A stretch of 64,000 nucleotides of DNA from a virus. Taxonomy: Duplodnaviria > Caudoviricetes. Position numbers and translations under genes: made by a program. The first letter of the stretch is position 1, and every line of letters begins with the position of its first letter. The stretch is from positions 96,001 through 160,000 of IMG/VR virus record IMGVR_UViG_3300046787_000508; one strand, 5' to 3'. Below are positions 15,853 to 25,866 of this stretch, piece by piece. The notes under the pieces are model-generated. The model was not told the DNA's origin. It saw only the letters and a list, made by a program, of their open reading frames with translations, and ran no database searches.

Positions 15853-16638
15853 ATGAATAATTTTATTAAACAGGTAATTGAGGAGAAATTTGCTTCAAAA
15901 GCACAACAACGTTTCTTCTATGCAAAGGCAAACGAAAAGGGTGCCAGCAAGAAAGAAAAAGAAAAATGGGGTAAGATGGCGAAGGAGTTTTCAGATAAAA
16001 CAAATTTTAAAAAAATCCCTAATAAAGTTGATGAAACCGACCCAAATCAAGAAGAATTACAATTTGATGAGATTGTTGATGCCGATGGAAACATCATGAC
16101 AGGGTCAAAACCAACTAATGCCAACACTAAAGGTATTACTTCAAAATCTACAAGTGATGACGTTGTAAGGTCAGCAATGGGTCAAATGGGTACATTTGGT
16201 ATTGCAGGCGGAACGAGAAAAGGTGCAACCACAATGAGATATTGGGGAGAATCTGATATGAGTAAAGCATTAGGTTATGAAGACACGTTGGGTAGTGATG
16301 AGGATATCGAAGACGCTAAAAGTCATTTTGAAGATGAATTAGGTTTGCCTGATGATGAAGCAAAAGAAAGAATGAACAAAATGGGATACGATGAGAATTT
16401 ACCTGACGATAAGGTTAGGTTAATTGAGACCCCAAAGAAATTCATAGAAGAGTATATTGAAAGTTTATTGGCTAAGAAAACAAAATCAGATGATTTAGTG
16501 AAAGGTAGTCAAAACGAAATTGATGAGAAAAAAATTAACCCTATATTAATGAGACAATTAAAATCTTTAAAGAGTTCTTTAAAAGATAATGATTTATCGG
16601 TAAAGGATATTATTGATTATTTAAACGACAATGAATAA
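15853..16638 (+). CDS. Hypothetical acidic protein (probable head-associated)
   Basis: 261 aa; ATATTTAT at 15829-15836; N-terminal ...IEE followed by FASKAQQRFFYA. Confidence 0.6.
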   Translation: MNNFIKQVIEEKFASKAQQRFFYAKANEKGASKKEKEKWGKMAKEFSDKTNFKKIPNKVDETDPNQEELQFDEIVDADGNIMTGSKPTNANTKGITSKSTSDDVVRSAMGQMGTFGIAGGTRKGATTMRYWGESDMSKALGYEDTLGSDEDIEDAKSHFEDELGLPDDEAKERMNKMGYDENLPDDKVRLIETPKKFIEEYIESLLAKKTKSDDLVKGSQNEIDEKKINPILMRQLKSLKSSLKDNDLSVKDIIDYLNDNE

Positions 16639-17122
16639 AGAATTAATGGGTAGAGAATTTAACCTACCTGAAAATATTATACAACATTTAGCTACCAAGT
16701 TATCTCAACATACTTCGGATACCGATGGTACTATGCGTACGAAAAATCTTTTACAAACCAAAAAAGTTAACTACAACCAACTTAAAAGAATTTTACACGA
16801 CATGAAATACATGGACAAAACGAATGAAAGTGTAAAATATGAACTATATGGTGGTGAATTAATGGAGAAATGGGGCAATCAAATACTTCATTCGGAAAGA
16901 GGACAAATTCAAAATAGAAAAGATTCAAGACAAAGGGCGGATAATATCGGAGGAATAAACGGAATGAGAAAAAATTCACATTTAAGTTCTCACACAAAAA
17001 AAGATAGTTATAAAAGTCCAATTAACACCATGAAAAGTAACTCAGAAAAAACTTCAGTTTCTTCTTTGTCTCTTTCAAAATTATTTGAGGAATTAACAAA
17101 ATCTAAAAAAACAATTAAATAA
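16631..17122 (+). CDS. Hypothetical protein (163 aa)
   Basis: Overlapping start/stop in an operon-like run. Confidence 0.6.
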   Translation: MNKELMGREFNLPENIIQHLATKLSQHTSDTDGTMRTKNLLQTKKVNYNQLKRILHDMKYMDKTNESVKYELYGGELMEKWGNQILHSERGQIQNRKDSRQRADNIGGINGMRKNSHLSSHTKKDSYKSPINTMKSNSEKTSVSSLSLSKLFEELTKSKKTIK

Positions 17123-17123
17123 T

Positions 17124-17783
17124 ATGGCAACATTGTTAGAACAATTAGCGGAAAAAGAAAGAGTTGCAAGTTTGGCTCGTAATTCATATGGAACCGACGG
17201 TAACTATAATTCAACACATCCCAATGCAATTGCAAATGGGGACGAAAAAGGTAAAGGTGAAAATAGTGGAATGATTGGTTCATCTATTGACATTATGAAT
17301 AGAAATGAAAGTTTATCAAGAAATACCTACAATTTAAATAACGGATATTCTGAGGTAAACATTAACGCACTTTCAGATGGGGATGAAAAAGGTAAAGGTG
17401 ATAACAACGGTAGTGTAGGTTCACTAACGGACATCAATAAAAGAAATGATTTATTATCGAGAAACCCATACCAATCACAAAACCAATATGGTGTTACTAA
17501 TGCTAATGCAATTTCAGACGGAGACGAAAAAGGTAAAGGTGAAAACAATGGTAATATAGGTTCTGCATCAGATATTCAAAATAGAATTGACAATATCGGA
17601 AGAAATCCTTATAATAAAGATAACGGTTATAGTTTAAATCACGTTAATGCGTTATCAAATAACGACGAGAAAGGTAAAGGTGAATATAATCAAAGTGTTG
17701 GGTCCCTTACAGATATTAACACAAGAACCCAAGTTACGGGAATCAATAAATTTAAGTTGAATAACACATACCCAGATTTTTAA
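17124..17783 (+). CDS. Repeat protein with four 47-aa units (RNxY...NA(I/L)xxxDEKGKG...GSxxDIxxR)
   Basis: Four aligned units are visible in the translation. Confidence 0.8.
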   Translation: MATLLEQLAEKERVASLARNSYGTDGNYNSTHPNAIANGDEKGKGENSGMIGSSIDIMNRNESLSRNTYNLNNGYSEVNINALSDGDEKGKGDNNGSVGSLTDINKRNDLLSRNPYQSQNQYGVTNANAISDGDEKGKGENNGNIGSASDIQNRIDNIGRNPYNKDNGYSLNHVNALSNNDEKGKGEYNQSVGSLTDINTRTQVTGINKFKLNNTYPDF

Positions 17784-18667
17784 TGTTTCAAATTACCGAA
17801 ATAGCATTACTACTTGAACAAGATAGTAAATTAGAATTATTAAGAAAATCGATTAGTGGTCGTTTACCGATTACTATCAATTATTCTGGACCCTCCAATG
17901 AGGTTAAATCAGGAAAGAGAATCGATATTCAACCCGTAATATTAGGTAAACACGTAAAAAGTGACAACTTAGTATTTTGGGCGTTTGTGTCAAAAGGAGT
18001 ATCTAAGAAAGGTCTTCCAAATTGGAAAATGTTTAGAGTTGATAGAGTTCTTGAGGTAAAATTTAATTTAGGAGCTCAACCATTTAATTTAATTGATATT
18101 CCAGGGTTTGTTAAAGGTAAGGCACCAAGCGCGATGAAATCGTTATCAAGTGTTGACATTATGTCACCGTATTGGTTTGAGGATGATAAGAGATACACTA
18201 AATCACCAATTACTCGTCCTACCGTTAAACAAAAACCAACTCCACCATCAGTAACTAAACCAACACCTGAGGTTCCAGAACCACAAACTCAACCTCAACC
18301 GGTGGAACCAAAAGCAGTAGAGAATCCTGAAACATCCAACGTAGATTATTCGGGGGAAATTTACAATAACTTAAAAAATAAAATATCTGATAATAACGGA
18401 CAAAAAACAATTACAACTAAGGATTATCAAGATGCTTTAAATGATTTGTATAGAAAGCAAGAAGATGAATGGAAGACCTACCAAAGAAAAGTTGGTGGTA
18501 ATGATAGACCTGGTCAAGGTACAAGAGCGAAGTTTAATAATAACTCTAAATCACAAATAGATTCACTTCTGTCTAAGGATAATATCACCGTAAATGATAA
18601 TAATCCTGAAACACTTTCAGAAAGATATAAAATACAAAATAGATTTAAACAGTTGATTAATTCATAA
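17783..18667 (+). CDS. WYL-like domain protein with Pro-rich linker and C-terminal domain
   Basis: I.Y......R.I.P..LG......W.......W+MFRVDRV pattern of WYL domains. Confidence 0.65.
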   Translation: MFQITEIALLLEQDSKLELLRKSISGRLPITINYSGPSNEVKSGKRIDIQPVILGKHVKSDNLVFWAFVSKGVSKKGLPNWKMFRVDRVLEVKFNLGAQPFNLIDIPGFVKGKAPSAMKSLSSVDIMSPYWFEDDKRYTKSPITRPTVKQKPTPPSVTKPTPEVPEPQTQPQPVEPKAVENPETSNVDYSGEIYNNLKNKISDNNGQKTITTKDYQDALNDLYRKQEDEWKTYQRKVGGNDRPGQGTRAKFNNNSKSQIDSLLSKDNITVNDNNPETLSERYKIQNRFKQLINS

Positions 18668-18687
18668 TTTAAAAATATATTTAGAAC

Positions 18688-19278
18688 ATGTCACAATTAA
18701 ATAACGGCCCAATTACATCAAACGATTTGATGCAAAGATTAGTACAGGCAAAAAAAGTATTAAATAAAGTAGATTCAGGTAATTATCATAAAGGTAACAT
18801 AAATGAAAATATGTTATCCAATAATGATTCTTACGATTCTTACGATTATGATGAGGTACCTCAAGTACCTACAAATAATCCATCATCTGTAAGTCAACCA
18901 ATGAGTAATGATAGAATACAAAATTCAAAATTACCCGACGCAATTAAAAAGGCAATGATGGAAAACCCAATACCACAGATTTCACTTAGCGATACCTTAG
19001 ATATGGATTTTGTTAAGGGAGCAAAAAGATTAATGGAAGCAGAAAACGCAGCTGCTAGACCACCACAAACTAAAAAATCGGCACCACAAATGAGTGGTAA
19101 TGTTGATATGAAGGCAATTGCCACTTTAGTGGAGAATACAGTACGTAAAGTTATGGATGAAAAACTAAACCAAATACTTGCCGCTTCACAAACTCAGTCT
19201 ATTAATGAGAATTTAGTGTTAAAAGTGGGAGATTCAATCTTTAAAGGTAAAATTACGGGAGTAAATAAATCTAAATAG
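18688..19278 (+). CDS. Hypothetical protein (196 aa)
   Basis: Clean ORF in a co-directional run. Confidence 0.6.
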   Translation: MSQLNNGPITSNDLMQRLVQAKKVLNKVDSGNYHKGNINENMLSNNDSYDSYDYDEVPQVPTNNPSSVSQPMSNDRIQNSKLPDAIKKAMMENPIPQISLSDTLDMDFVKGAKRLMEAENAAARPPQTKKSAPQMSGNVDMKAIATLVENTVRKVMDEKLNQILAASQTQSINENLVLKVGDSIFKGKITGVNKSK

Positions 19279-19329
19279 GATTTGATTTTTTGAAATTTTT
19301 TATCTATATTTTATTAGATAAAGAATTAT

Positions 19330-20559
19330 ATGTCAAAAATACGAATATTAGCAATCCCCTCCGACACACATGGAGTTGGTAAATTTAGAATTTTAGGTCC
19401 ATACACGTTCATCCAAGAAAACTACGGTGAAGATTTCCACGTGGACATTAAAACTAACGTACCCGATGATGATAAAGAATTTGAAAATTACGATATTGTA
19501 GTTTTTCATAGTTTTATCCATTCTCATTCTGAGTTTGAAAGAAATTTAGAAAGAATTGAATGGTTAAAGAAAAAAGGTATCATCACAATTATTGATAACG
19601 ATGACTATTGGGAACCTGATTTCAGACACCCAATGTACAATCAAATTATCAAAACGGGTACACCAAAGAAAAAGGTCCAATTATTAAAATTGGCCGATTA
19701 CATTACAGTAACTACACCAATATTTAGGAACACAATTAAAACAAAACTTGGATTAACCAATGTTCAAGTGTTTCCTAATGCCGTTGATGAAACAGAACCA
19801 CAATATAAACCAAACCCAACAAAATCAGATAGAGTTAGATTTGGTTGGTTAGGAGGTTCTTCTCATTTCCACGATTTAGATTTAATGACTAGCGGGATTA
19901 ACTCGGTTTATTCATCACATAAAGATAAGGTACAATTTGTTTTATGTGGATTCGATTTACGAGGTACCGTTACTGAAATCGACCAAAAATCAGGTCAAAA
20001 AAGACAAAGAGATATACGTCCTCATGAAACTACTTGGTTCCAATATGAGAAAATATTCACAGACAATTATCGAGCAATTGATGAAGACTACTTAAAATTC
20101 CTCACATCATTCAAGGAAGAAGAGTATAACGACATCGATTTACCATATAGAAGAAGATGGACAATGCCAATTTCAAAATATGCTTTGAATTATAATCATT
20201 TTGATGTATCTTTGGCCCCGTTAATACCATCAACGTTTAACGGTAACAAATCCCAATTAAAATTAATTGAGGCCGGATTCCACAAAAAGGCAATCATTGC
20301 AAGTGAAACTGACCCTTACACAATTGATATTATTAGTGCCGTTAATGAAGGTAAATTTAATGACAATGGTAATGGATTATTGGTTAACCAAAATAGAAAC
20401 CACAAAGAGTGGGCAAAACATATGAAGAAATTAATCGACAATCCAAACATGATTGAGGATTTAGGTAATCGTTTATATGAAACAGTAAAAGACACATACT
20501 CAATGAAAAAAGTATGTAAAGATAGAGTAGAATTTATTAAATCAATTATTAACAATTAA
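19330..20559 (+). CDS. Glycosyltransferase, GT-B fold (GT4-like)
   Basis: DNDDYW, FGWLGGSSH..D, FDVSLAPL...FN..KS.LKLIEAG...IIAS...PY. Confidence 0.85.
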   Translation: MSKIRILAIPSDTHGVGKFRILGPYTFIQENYGEDFHVDIKTNVPDDDKEFENYDIVVFHSFIHSHSEFERNLERIEWLKKKGIITIIDNDDYWEPDFRHPMYNQIIKTGTPKKKVQLLKLADYITVTTPIFRNTIKTKLGLTNVQVFPNAVDETEPQYKPNPTKSDRVRFGWLGGSSHFHDLDLMTSGINSVYSSHKDKVQFVLCGFDLRGTVTEIDQKSGQKRQRDIRPHETTWFQYEKIFTDNYRAIDEDYLKFLTSFKEEEYNDIDLPYRRRWTMPISKYALNYNHFDVSLAPLIPSTFNGNKSQLKLIEAGFHKKAIIASETDPYTIDIISAVNEGKFNDNGNGLLVNQNRNHKEWAKHMKKLIDNPNMIEDLGNRLYETVKDTYSMKKVCKDRVEFIKSIINN

Positions 20560-20570
20560 AACAAACAAAC

Positions 20571-20801
20571 ATGCATTATTTAGTTACAATCGGTTACGAG
20601 TCAGAACAAATGGACAGAGAAGGTAACCCAAGAGTTAAAAAGTACAAATACATTATTGAAGCTGAAACAGTGGAAGAAGCAACAATCGTAGCATCTAAGT
20701 ACAGAGCTGGGGATACTCGTTCAAGTGAAAGTATCTCAGTGGCCAAAATGGCAATCGAATGTGTTATCGATTCAAAAAACACACCTGAATATTATAAATA
20801 A
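20571..20801 (+). CDS. Small protein, DUF4494-like
   Basis: Y.V...YE.....G..+.....Y+IEA.T.EEA pattern recalled from the Bacteroidota DUF4494 family; not verified. Confidence 0.4.
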   Translation: MHYLVTIGYESEQMDREGNPRVKKYKYIIEAETVEEATIVASKYRAGDTRSSESISVAKMAIECVIDSKNTPEYYK

Positions 20802-20825
20802 TAATTAAAACACATCATCCGAGTT

Positions 20826-21050
20826 ATGGACTTTAATAGTAGAGATATACAAATACTTCGTCAGTCACAAAGTAAAATGGCATTAGAGTACCTTAACTCG
20901 GTTGGTGTTAAGGTTACATTTGAGGAATTACAACGTGTAACGGATGTGTTCGTTGAGTGTTGTTTAAGACCTCAAGATAACGACTTAAAGGAAAGAATTA
21001 AGAAGTTAGATAAATGGATTATCGAAAAGAAATTAAGTCAAAATGGATAA
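20826..21050 (+). CDS. Hypothetical protein (74 aa)
   Basis: ORF coupled to the downstream dUTPase. Confidence 0.55.
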   Translation: MDFNSRDIQILRQSQSKMALEYLNSVGVKVTFEELQRVTDVFVECCLRPQDNDLKERIKKLDKWIIEKKLSQNG

Positions 21051-21654
21051 AAGTGAAATAGAATCATATCTAAAGAGATTACAAGAATTAGATGAACAAT
21101 TAAGTAATGACGAGGACGATATCGATGAAGGTGGTTTCATGTCTGAACTTAATAAAGTTTTGGGTGGATTATCTAACGATGTACAAAGTGAGTTATTGAA
21201 ATCAAATGACCTTGCTTTGGGTGGGGCTTTAAAAATTAACATAAAAAAATTACATCCCGATGCCGTCATACCATCCTATTCAAAAGATGGAGATGCGGGT
21301 ATGGATTTAACTATTGTACGTGAAATTGATAACACTTCATTTTATGTAACATATGGTTTTGGTATTGCAATTGAGATACCTAAAGGTTATGTTGGTTTAG
21401 TTTTCCCTCGTTCGTCTATACGTAACTTTGATTTGTTATTAACAAACGCAGTTGGAGTTATTGATAGTGGTTATCGAGGTGAGATACAAGCAACATTTAA
21501 AAAAACTGATGGTTTAGATTCTCTTAAATACAATGTAGGTGAACGAGGAGCACAAATAGTGATTATGCCATACCCCAAAGTTGAATTTAACGAGACGGAC
21601 ACATTATCATCAACAGAAAGAGGTGATGGTGGATTCGGTTCAACGGGTAAATAA
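21043..21654 (+). CDS. dut: Trimeric dUTPase with acidic N-terminal extension
   Basis: AGMDL, PRSS, GVIDSGYRGE, AQIV, RGDGGFGSTG (motifs 1-5). Confidence 0.95.
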   Translation: MDKSEIESYLKRLQELDEQLSNDEDDIDEGGFMSELNKVLGGLSNDVQSELLKSNDLALGGALKINIKKLHPDAVIPSYSKDGDAGMDLTIVREIDNTSFYVTYGFGIAIEIPKGYVGLVFPRSSIRNFDLLLTNAVGVIDSGYRGEIQATFKKTDGLDSLKYNVGERGAQIVIMPYPKVEFNETDTLSSTERGDGGFGSTGK

Positions 21655-21686
21655 TAAACCCATAAAAAAAATAAAAAACGAGAGAT

Positions 21687-22409
21687 TTGTCAACAAAACC
21701 TAGAGTTAAAAAATATCCTCCTGTGGTAGAAGAAAGAAAAACTTCCCACAAAGAGAGAATTCGAGAAATTATAAAAAAACCAAAAGAGAAGTTCCTTACG
21801 TCTAACCAAGAAAAGTATTGGAATATTTTAGGTGATAATCAAATAACACTATGTTTTGGACCTGCGGGTGTTGGTAAATCATATATTGCAATGAAAAGAG
21901 CAATTGATTTATTACACGATGAGAATAACAAATATGAGAAAATCATTATTGTTAGACCGGCAGTTGAAGCGGAGGAAAAGTTAGGGTCATTACCTGGTGG
22001 TTTAGAAGAAAAATTAGACCCATACATTTACCCGTCATATTATTTGTTAAATAAAATTATTGGCAAAGATGCTCGTGAAACATTGAAAGATGAGGGTTAT
22101 ATTGAAGTTGCGGCATTGGCGTATATGAGAGGATGGAATGTGGATAACACAATACTTGTTTTCGAAGAAGCACAAAATGCAACACCCGCTCAAATTAAAT
22201 TACTTTTAACACGTATTGGATTTAATTCTAAATTTTTCCTTTCAGGAGATTTGGAACAATCGGATAAGTTTAAAGATAAGACAAAATCAGGTCTTTACGA
22301 TGCAAAGAAAAGATTAAATGATGTAAAAGGAATTGGAATTTTTGAATTCGATATGTCCGACATTGTTAGAAATCCAATAATTGGTGAAATTCTTAATAGA
22401 TACGAATAG
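21687..22409 (+). CDS. phoH: PhoH-family ATPase
   Basis: GPAGVGKS, RPAVEA.EKLG.LPG, AYMRG, EEAQN, LLTRIG, GDLEQSD, VRNP; TTG start. Confidence 0.95.
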   Translation: MSTKPRVKKYPPVVEERKTSHKERIREIIKKPKEKFLTSNQEKYWNILGDNQITLCFGPAGVGKSYIAMKRAIDLLHDENNKYEKIIIVRPAVEAEEKLGSLPGGLEEKLDPYIYPSYYLLNKIIGKDARETLKDEGYIEVAALAYMRGWNVDNTILVFEEAQNATPAQIKLLLTRIGFNSKFFLSGDLEQSDKFKDKTKSGLYDAKKRLNDVKGIGIFEFDMSDIVRNPIIGEILNRYE

Positions 22410-22446
22410 GGTTTACTTATAACATATTTGGTGGTATATTTCTATT

Positions 22447-23130
22447 ATGGAAGTATACATTAGCATCGACGGTGTTTTAAGAAACACAATACAAAAATTT
22501 GATTACCACTATGGTGAATCTTTTTTAGTATCAGAATTTGAAAATGAAACCGATTTCGAATATGGGGTAACTAAACCTATATTAAATAATAATTTATTAA
22601 ACTCATACAAATTCCAATCAAGGGACGAGTATGAGTTTTTCTTGTTTATGGAATACCCAATCGAAATATTCGGACACGCAGGTATAAGTTACCCAACAAC
22701 CTTTACCGACTTAAACAAATTCCTTTATGAAAATAAAGAACATAACATTACTTTGGTTGGTTTAGATGAATTAGGTAAGGCAAAACCCGCAACCTTATTT
22801 TTCTTGTCAAAGAATGGTTACTTAGGGGATAATATTAAATTTGTTAAGACTGAGGACTTACCTTCAGTTTGGAAAAAATGTGATTTATGGATTACTGATA
22901 GTCTTAACGTTATTGAGACATGTCCTAAAAATAAAAAAGTTGTTAAGTTTAATACGAAATACAACGAACACTTTACTAATAGTTTAGAAATTAATAAATT
23001 AACTGAAATAGAAACATCATGGTTGAAATCCTCGGAAAATATTATTACGTCGACATTGACTCAATTACTGAAAAATGTAAAACAGGGGAAATTATCAATG
23101 AAGAAGACGGAACACAAGGAACAGAAATAA
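22447..23130 (+). CDS. HAD-fold 5'(3')-nucleotidase-like protein with degenerate motif I
   Basis: ISIDGVLRN (SxD in place of DxD), K..FL, DLWITD, YNEH. Confidence 0.55.
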   Translation: MEVYISIDGVLRNTIQKFDYHYGESFLVSEFENETDFEYGVTKPILNNNLLNSYKFQSRDEYEFFLFMEYPIEIFGHAGISYPTTFTDLNKFLYENKEHNITLVGLDELGKAKPATLFFLSKNGYLGDNIKFVKTEDLPSVWKKCDLWITDSLNVIETCPKNKKVVKFNTKYNEHFTNSLEINKLTEIETSWLKSSENIITSTLTQLLKNVKQGKLSMKKTEHKEQK

Positions 23131-23294
23131 ACATATTCAAATATGAAATAATAAAAATGTGTCTAGAACGAATTATGTCGGAATACGATGAGGTCGATGA
23201 ACAAATGGGGGCATTAGCCACTCGTGAAATGTCGGTATCATTTAAATTGGCATTTAATACACTATTAAAAAATGAAATCTTAATCGAAGAATGA
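23019..23294 (+). CDS. Hypothetical protein (91 aa)
   Basis: Clean ORF coupled (ATGA) to the next gene; overlaps the upstream ORF by 112 nt. Confidence 0.6.
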   Translation: MVEILGKYYYVDIDSITEKCKTGEIINEEDGTQGTEINIFKYEIIKMCLERIMSEYDEVDEQMGALATREMSVSFKLAFNTLLKNEILIEE

Positions 23295-24358
23295 GCAACA
23301 ATCAAACAAACATTGAAAAATTAGAATCTGCATTAAGTAGAATCGAAAACAAGGAAAGTGTAATTTACTTTCTAACTTATGACACTAAGAATAACCCAAG
23401 AGCGTCTGTAAAAAATATTTACGACATGGCGCTTGCGTTAAAAGAAAATGGTTACAATGCCAAAATCTTAGTGGAAGATAACACGTACACAGGTGTACAA
23501 AATTGGTTAGGTGAGGAATATCTAAAATTAGACGTGGTATCAATTAAGGATGATAAAATTGAAATCATGGTTGACGATGTGATTGTAGTACCTGAACACT
23601 ACTCAAACGTATTACCTCAATTAACCAATGTTAAATCCGTTAAAGTGGTCTTAGTACAACAAAAAGATTACATTTTCGAGACATTATCAATTGGTAGTAA
23701 ATGGAGTGATTACGGTTTTGATAAAGCAATCACAACAACTGAGGAATCAAAAAAATACATCTCGGAATATTTCCCTGAAAGTTTAGTACATATCATTCCA
23801 CCATTCATTGGGGATAATTTCACTCCAACCGAAAAACCTATTAAACCATTTGTGGCTATTAGTAGTAGAGATAGATTAATTCACCGAAGATTAATTTCAG
23901 AATTTTATTTAAAGTACCCACAATTACGTTGGGTTACTTTTAGAGATATGGTCCAAATGACCTACGATGAATTCTCAGAAGCGTTAAAAGAATGTATGGT
24001 ATCTGTATGGGTTGACGATGAAAGTACCTTTGGTACATTCCCATTGGAGTCAATGAAATGTGGTGTACCTATTGTGGGTAAAATCCCAAATTCAGAACCA
24101 GAGTGGATGGACGAAAATGGATTATGGACTTATGATATCAATAAGTTAGTTGAAATTTTGGCAACTTATATTTTAGCTTGGTTAGAAGGTGTAGAATTAA
24201 CTGAAGAGGTAAAAGATAAAATGAAATCTACTGTTTTACCGTACACTAAAGAAAATCATAACAACAAGACATTGGCGGTTTTTGGGTCACTAATTTCAAT
24301 TAGAACCGAATCAATAAAAACAGCATTAACAAAATTAAAACAAGAAGAAACAGTATAA
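23291..24358 (+). CDS. Glycosyltransferase-like protein (GT-B)
   Basis: VVVPE.Y, ESFGT.PLESMKCGVPIVG-type signature (DESTFGTFPLESMKCGVPIVG). Confidence 0.75.
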   Translation: MSNNQTNIEKLESALSRIENKESVIYFLTYDTKNNPRASVKNIYDMALALKENGYNAKILVEDNTYTGVQNWLGEEYLKLDVVSIKDDKIEIMVDDVIVVPEHYSNVLPQLTNVKSVKVVLVQQKDYIFETLSIGSKWSDYGFDKAITTTEESKKYISEYFPESLVHIIPPFIGDNFTPTEKPIKPFVAISSRDRLIHRRLISEFYLKYPQLRWVTFRDMVQMTYDEFSEALKECMVSVWVDDESTFGTFPLESMKCGVPIVGKIPNSEPEWMDENGLWTYDINKLVEILATYILAWLEGVELTEEVKDKMKSTVLPYTKENHNNKTLAVFGSLISIRTESIKTALTKLKQEETV

Positions 24359-24359
24359 C

Positions 24360-25148
24360 ATGAAAAAAATAACAATACTTTTACCAGTACATAAATTAGA
24401 CGGTGATGACATCATTATGTTGAAAAATGCAGTTGACTCTGTTGAGGATTTTCATAACGATGTTAAAGTTTCAATCATTGCACCAAAAAATCTAAAATCA
24501 CAATTAATCGAATTAGGTTTAAGTGAAAAATTAGAAATAAACATTCTTGAAAATACAACAAAACAAACTGATTTCGTAAGTCAGATTAATTTAGGTATTG
24601 AAAACTGTGATACTGAATGGTTCTCAATCTTAGAGATGGACGATGAGTATAATAAAGTTTGGTTAACTGCTGTTAGTGAATACGCTCACAACTATAAAGA
24701 CGTTGATGTTTTCTTACCGATAGTAAAAGATATCAATGTTGAAGGTTCATTCTTAAGTTTCACCAACGAATCGGTTTGGGCTTACGGGTTCACCGAAACT
24801 CAAGGTTATTTAGATAACGAAGTACTATTAGAATACCAAAACTACCAAACTAGTGGTGGTCTTTATAAGACTGAGGTAATCAAGGAAAATGGTTCATTTA
24901 AAGATAACATGAAGTTAACTTTTAGTTACGAACTATTATTAAGATTAACCCACAATGGTGTTAAAATCATGGGGGTACCGAAAATCGGATACCAACACGT
25001 AAACTTCAGAGAGAATTCGTTATTTTGGTCATATAAAAATGACGATAAAACAAAATTAACAGAGGAAGAAGTTAAATTTTGGTTAGAGACGGCCAAAAAA
25101 GAATTTTTCTTCAAAAATAAACGTGAGATAATTTATACAGAAGCTTAA
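24360..25148 (+). CDS. Glycosyltransferase, GT-A fold (GT2-like)
   Basis: ITILLPVH, QINLGI...TEWFSILEMDDEY (xDD), ELLLRL...G.KI..VPKIGYQH. Confidence 0.82.
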   Translation: MKKITILLPVHKLDGDDIIMLKNAVDSVEDFHNDVKVSIIAPKNLKSQLIELGLSEKLEINILENTTKQTDFVSQINLGIENCDTEWFSILEMDDEYNKVWLTAVSEYAHNYKDVDVFLPIVKDINVEGSFLSFTNESVWAYGFTETQGYLDNEVLLEYQNYQTSGGLYKTEVIKENGSFKDNMKLTFSYELLLRLTHNGVKIMGVPKIGYQHVNFRENSLFWSYKNDDKTKLTEEEVKFWLETAKKEFFFKNKREIIYTEA

Positions 25149-25846
25149 TGCCAAGACCCAGAACCCAAAAAATCTATTTTGGGGAGGAGCAAGAAAAGGC
25201 GGTAGTCAGTTACCTTGAAAGTACTGATGATGCGGAAAGAAACAAGATATTCAACGAATATTTAAGAGACCCTCTCACAATTATGGTTGAAAGTATCATT
25301 AGAAGATACAAACTATACAGGAAAGACTTTGAATTCATAGATTTACATACGGATACAATGTCTTTCCTAATTACAAAAATAAGTAAATTTGACCATACGA
25401 AGAACCATAAGGCTTATTCGTATTTTGGTACTATTTGTAAAAACTACCTTATGGGTGCAATACAAAAAGACCAAAAAGATATGAATAGAACAGTGTCTTA
25501 TGACGATATATCTTCGGATATTGAGGAGAGACCTGATTTAACATACGTCATTGACAACACTCCATTAGACTATAAAGATGTTATTGTTAAGTTAACAACA
25601 ACTTTAGAGGAATTTATGGAAAGAGAGGATTTGAACGAAAACGAACAAAAGTTAGGTTATGCCTTACTTGAAATATTCGGTAATTTCGACAAAATCTTTG
25701 AAGTCGGAGAAGGTAACAAGTTCAATAAGAACTTGATTCTCCTTTCATTAAGGGAAATGACATCATTATCAACTAAAGAAATCAGAGTGTCAATTAAGAA
25801 ATTCAAAAAAATGTACGATGGTATACTTTTTAATTTCCTAAATTAA
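25148..25846 (+). CDS. Phage RNA polymerase sigma-factor-like protein (sigma70 region 2)
   Basis: YFG...EKAV..Y......RN.IF, DL..D...FL..K..KFD......AYSYF..I..NY region-2 pattern. Confidence 0.7.
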   Translation: MPRPRTQKIYFGEEQEKAVVSYLESTDDAERNKIFNEYLRDPLTIMVESIIRRYKLYRKDFEFIDLHTDTMSFLITKISKFDHTKNHKAYSYFGTICKNYLMGAIQKDQKDMNRTVSYDDISSDIEERPDLTYVIDNTPLDYKDVIVKLTTTLEEFMEREDLNENEQKLGYALLEIFGNFDKIFEVGEGNKFNKNLILLSLREMTSLSTKEIRVSIKKFKKMYDGILFNFLN

Positions 25847-25866
25847 GAAAAACTCTATTTATATAG

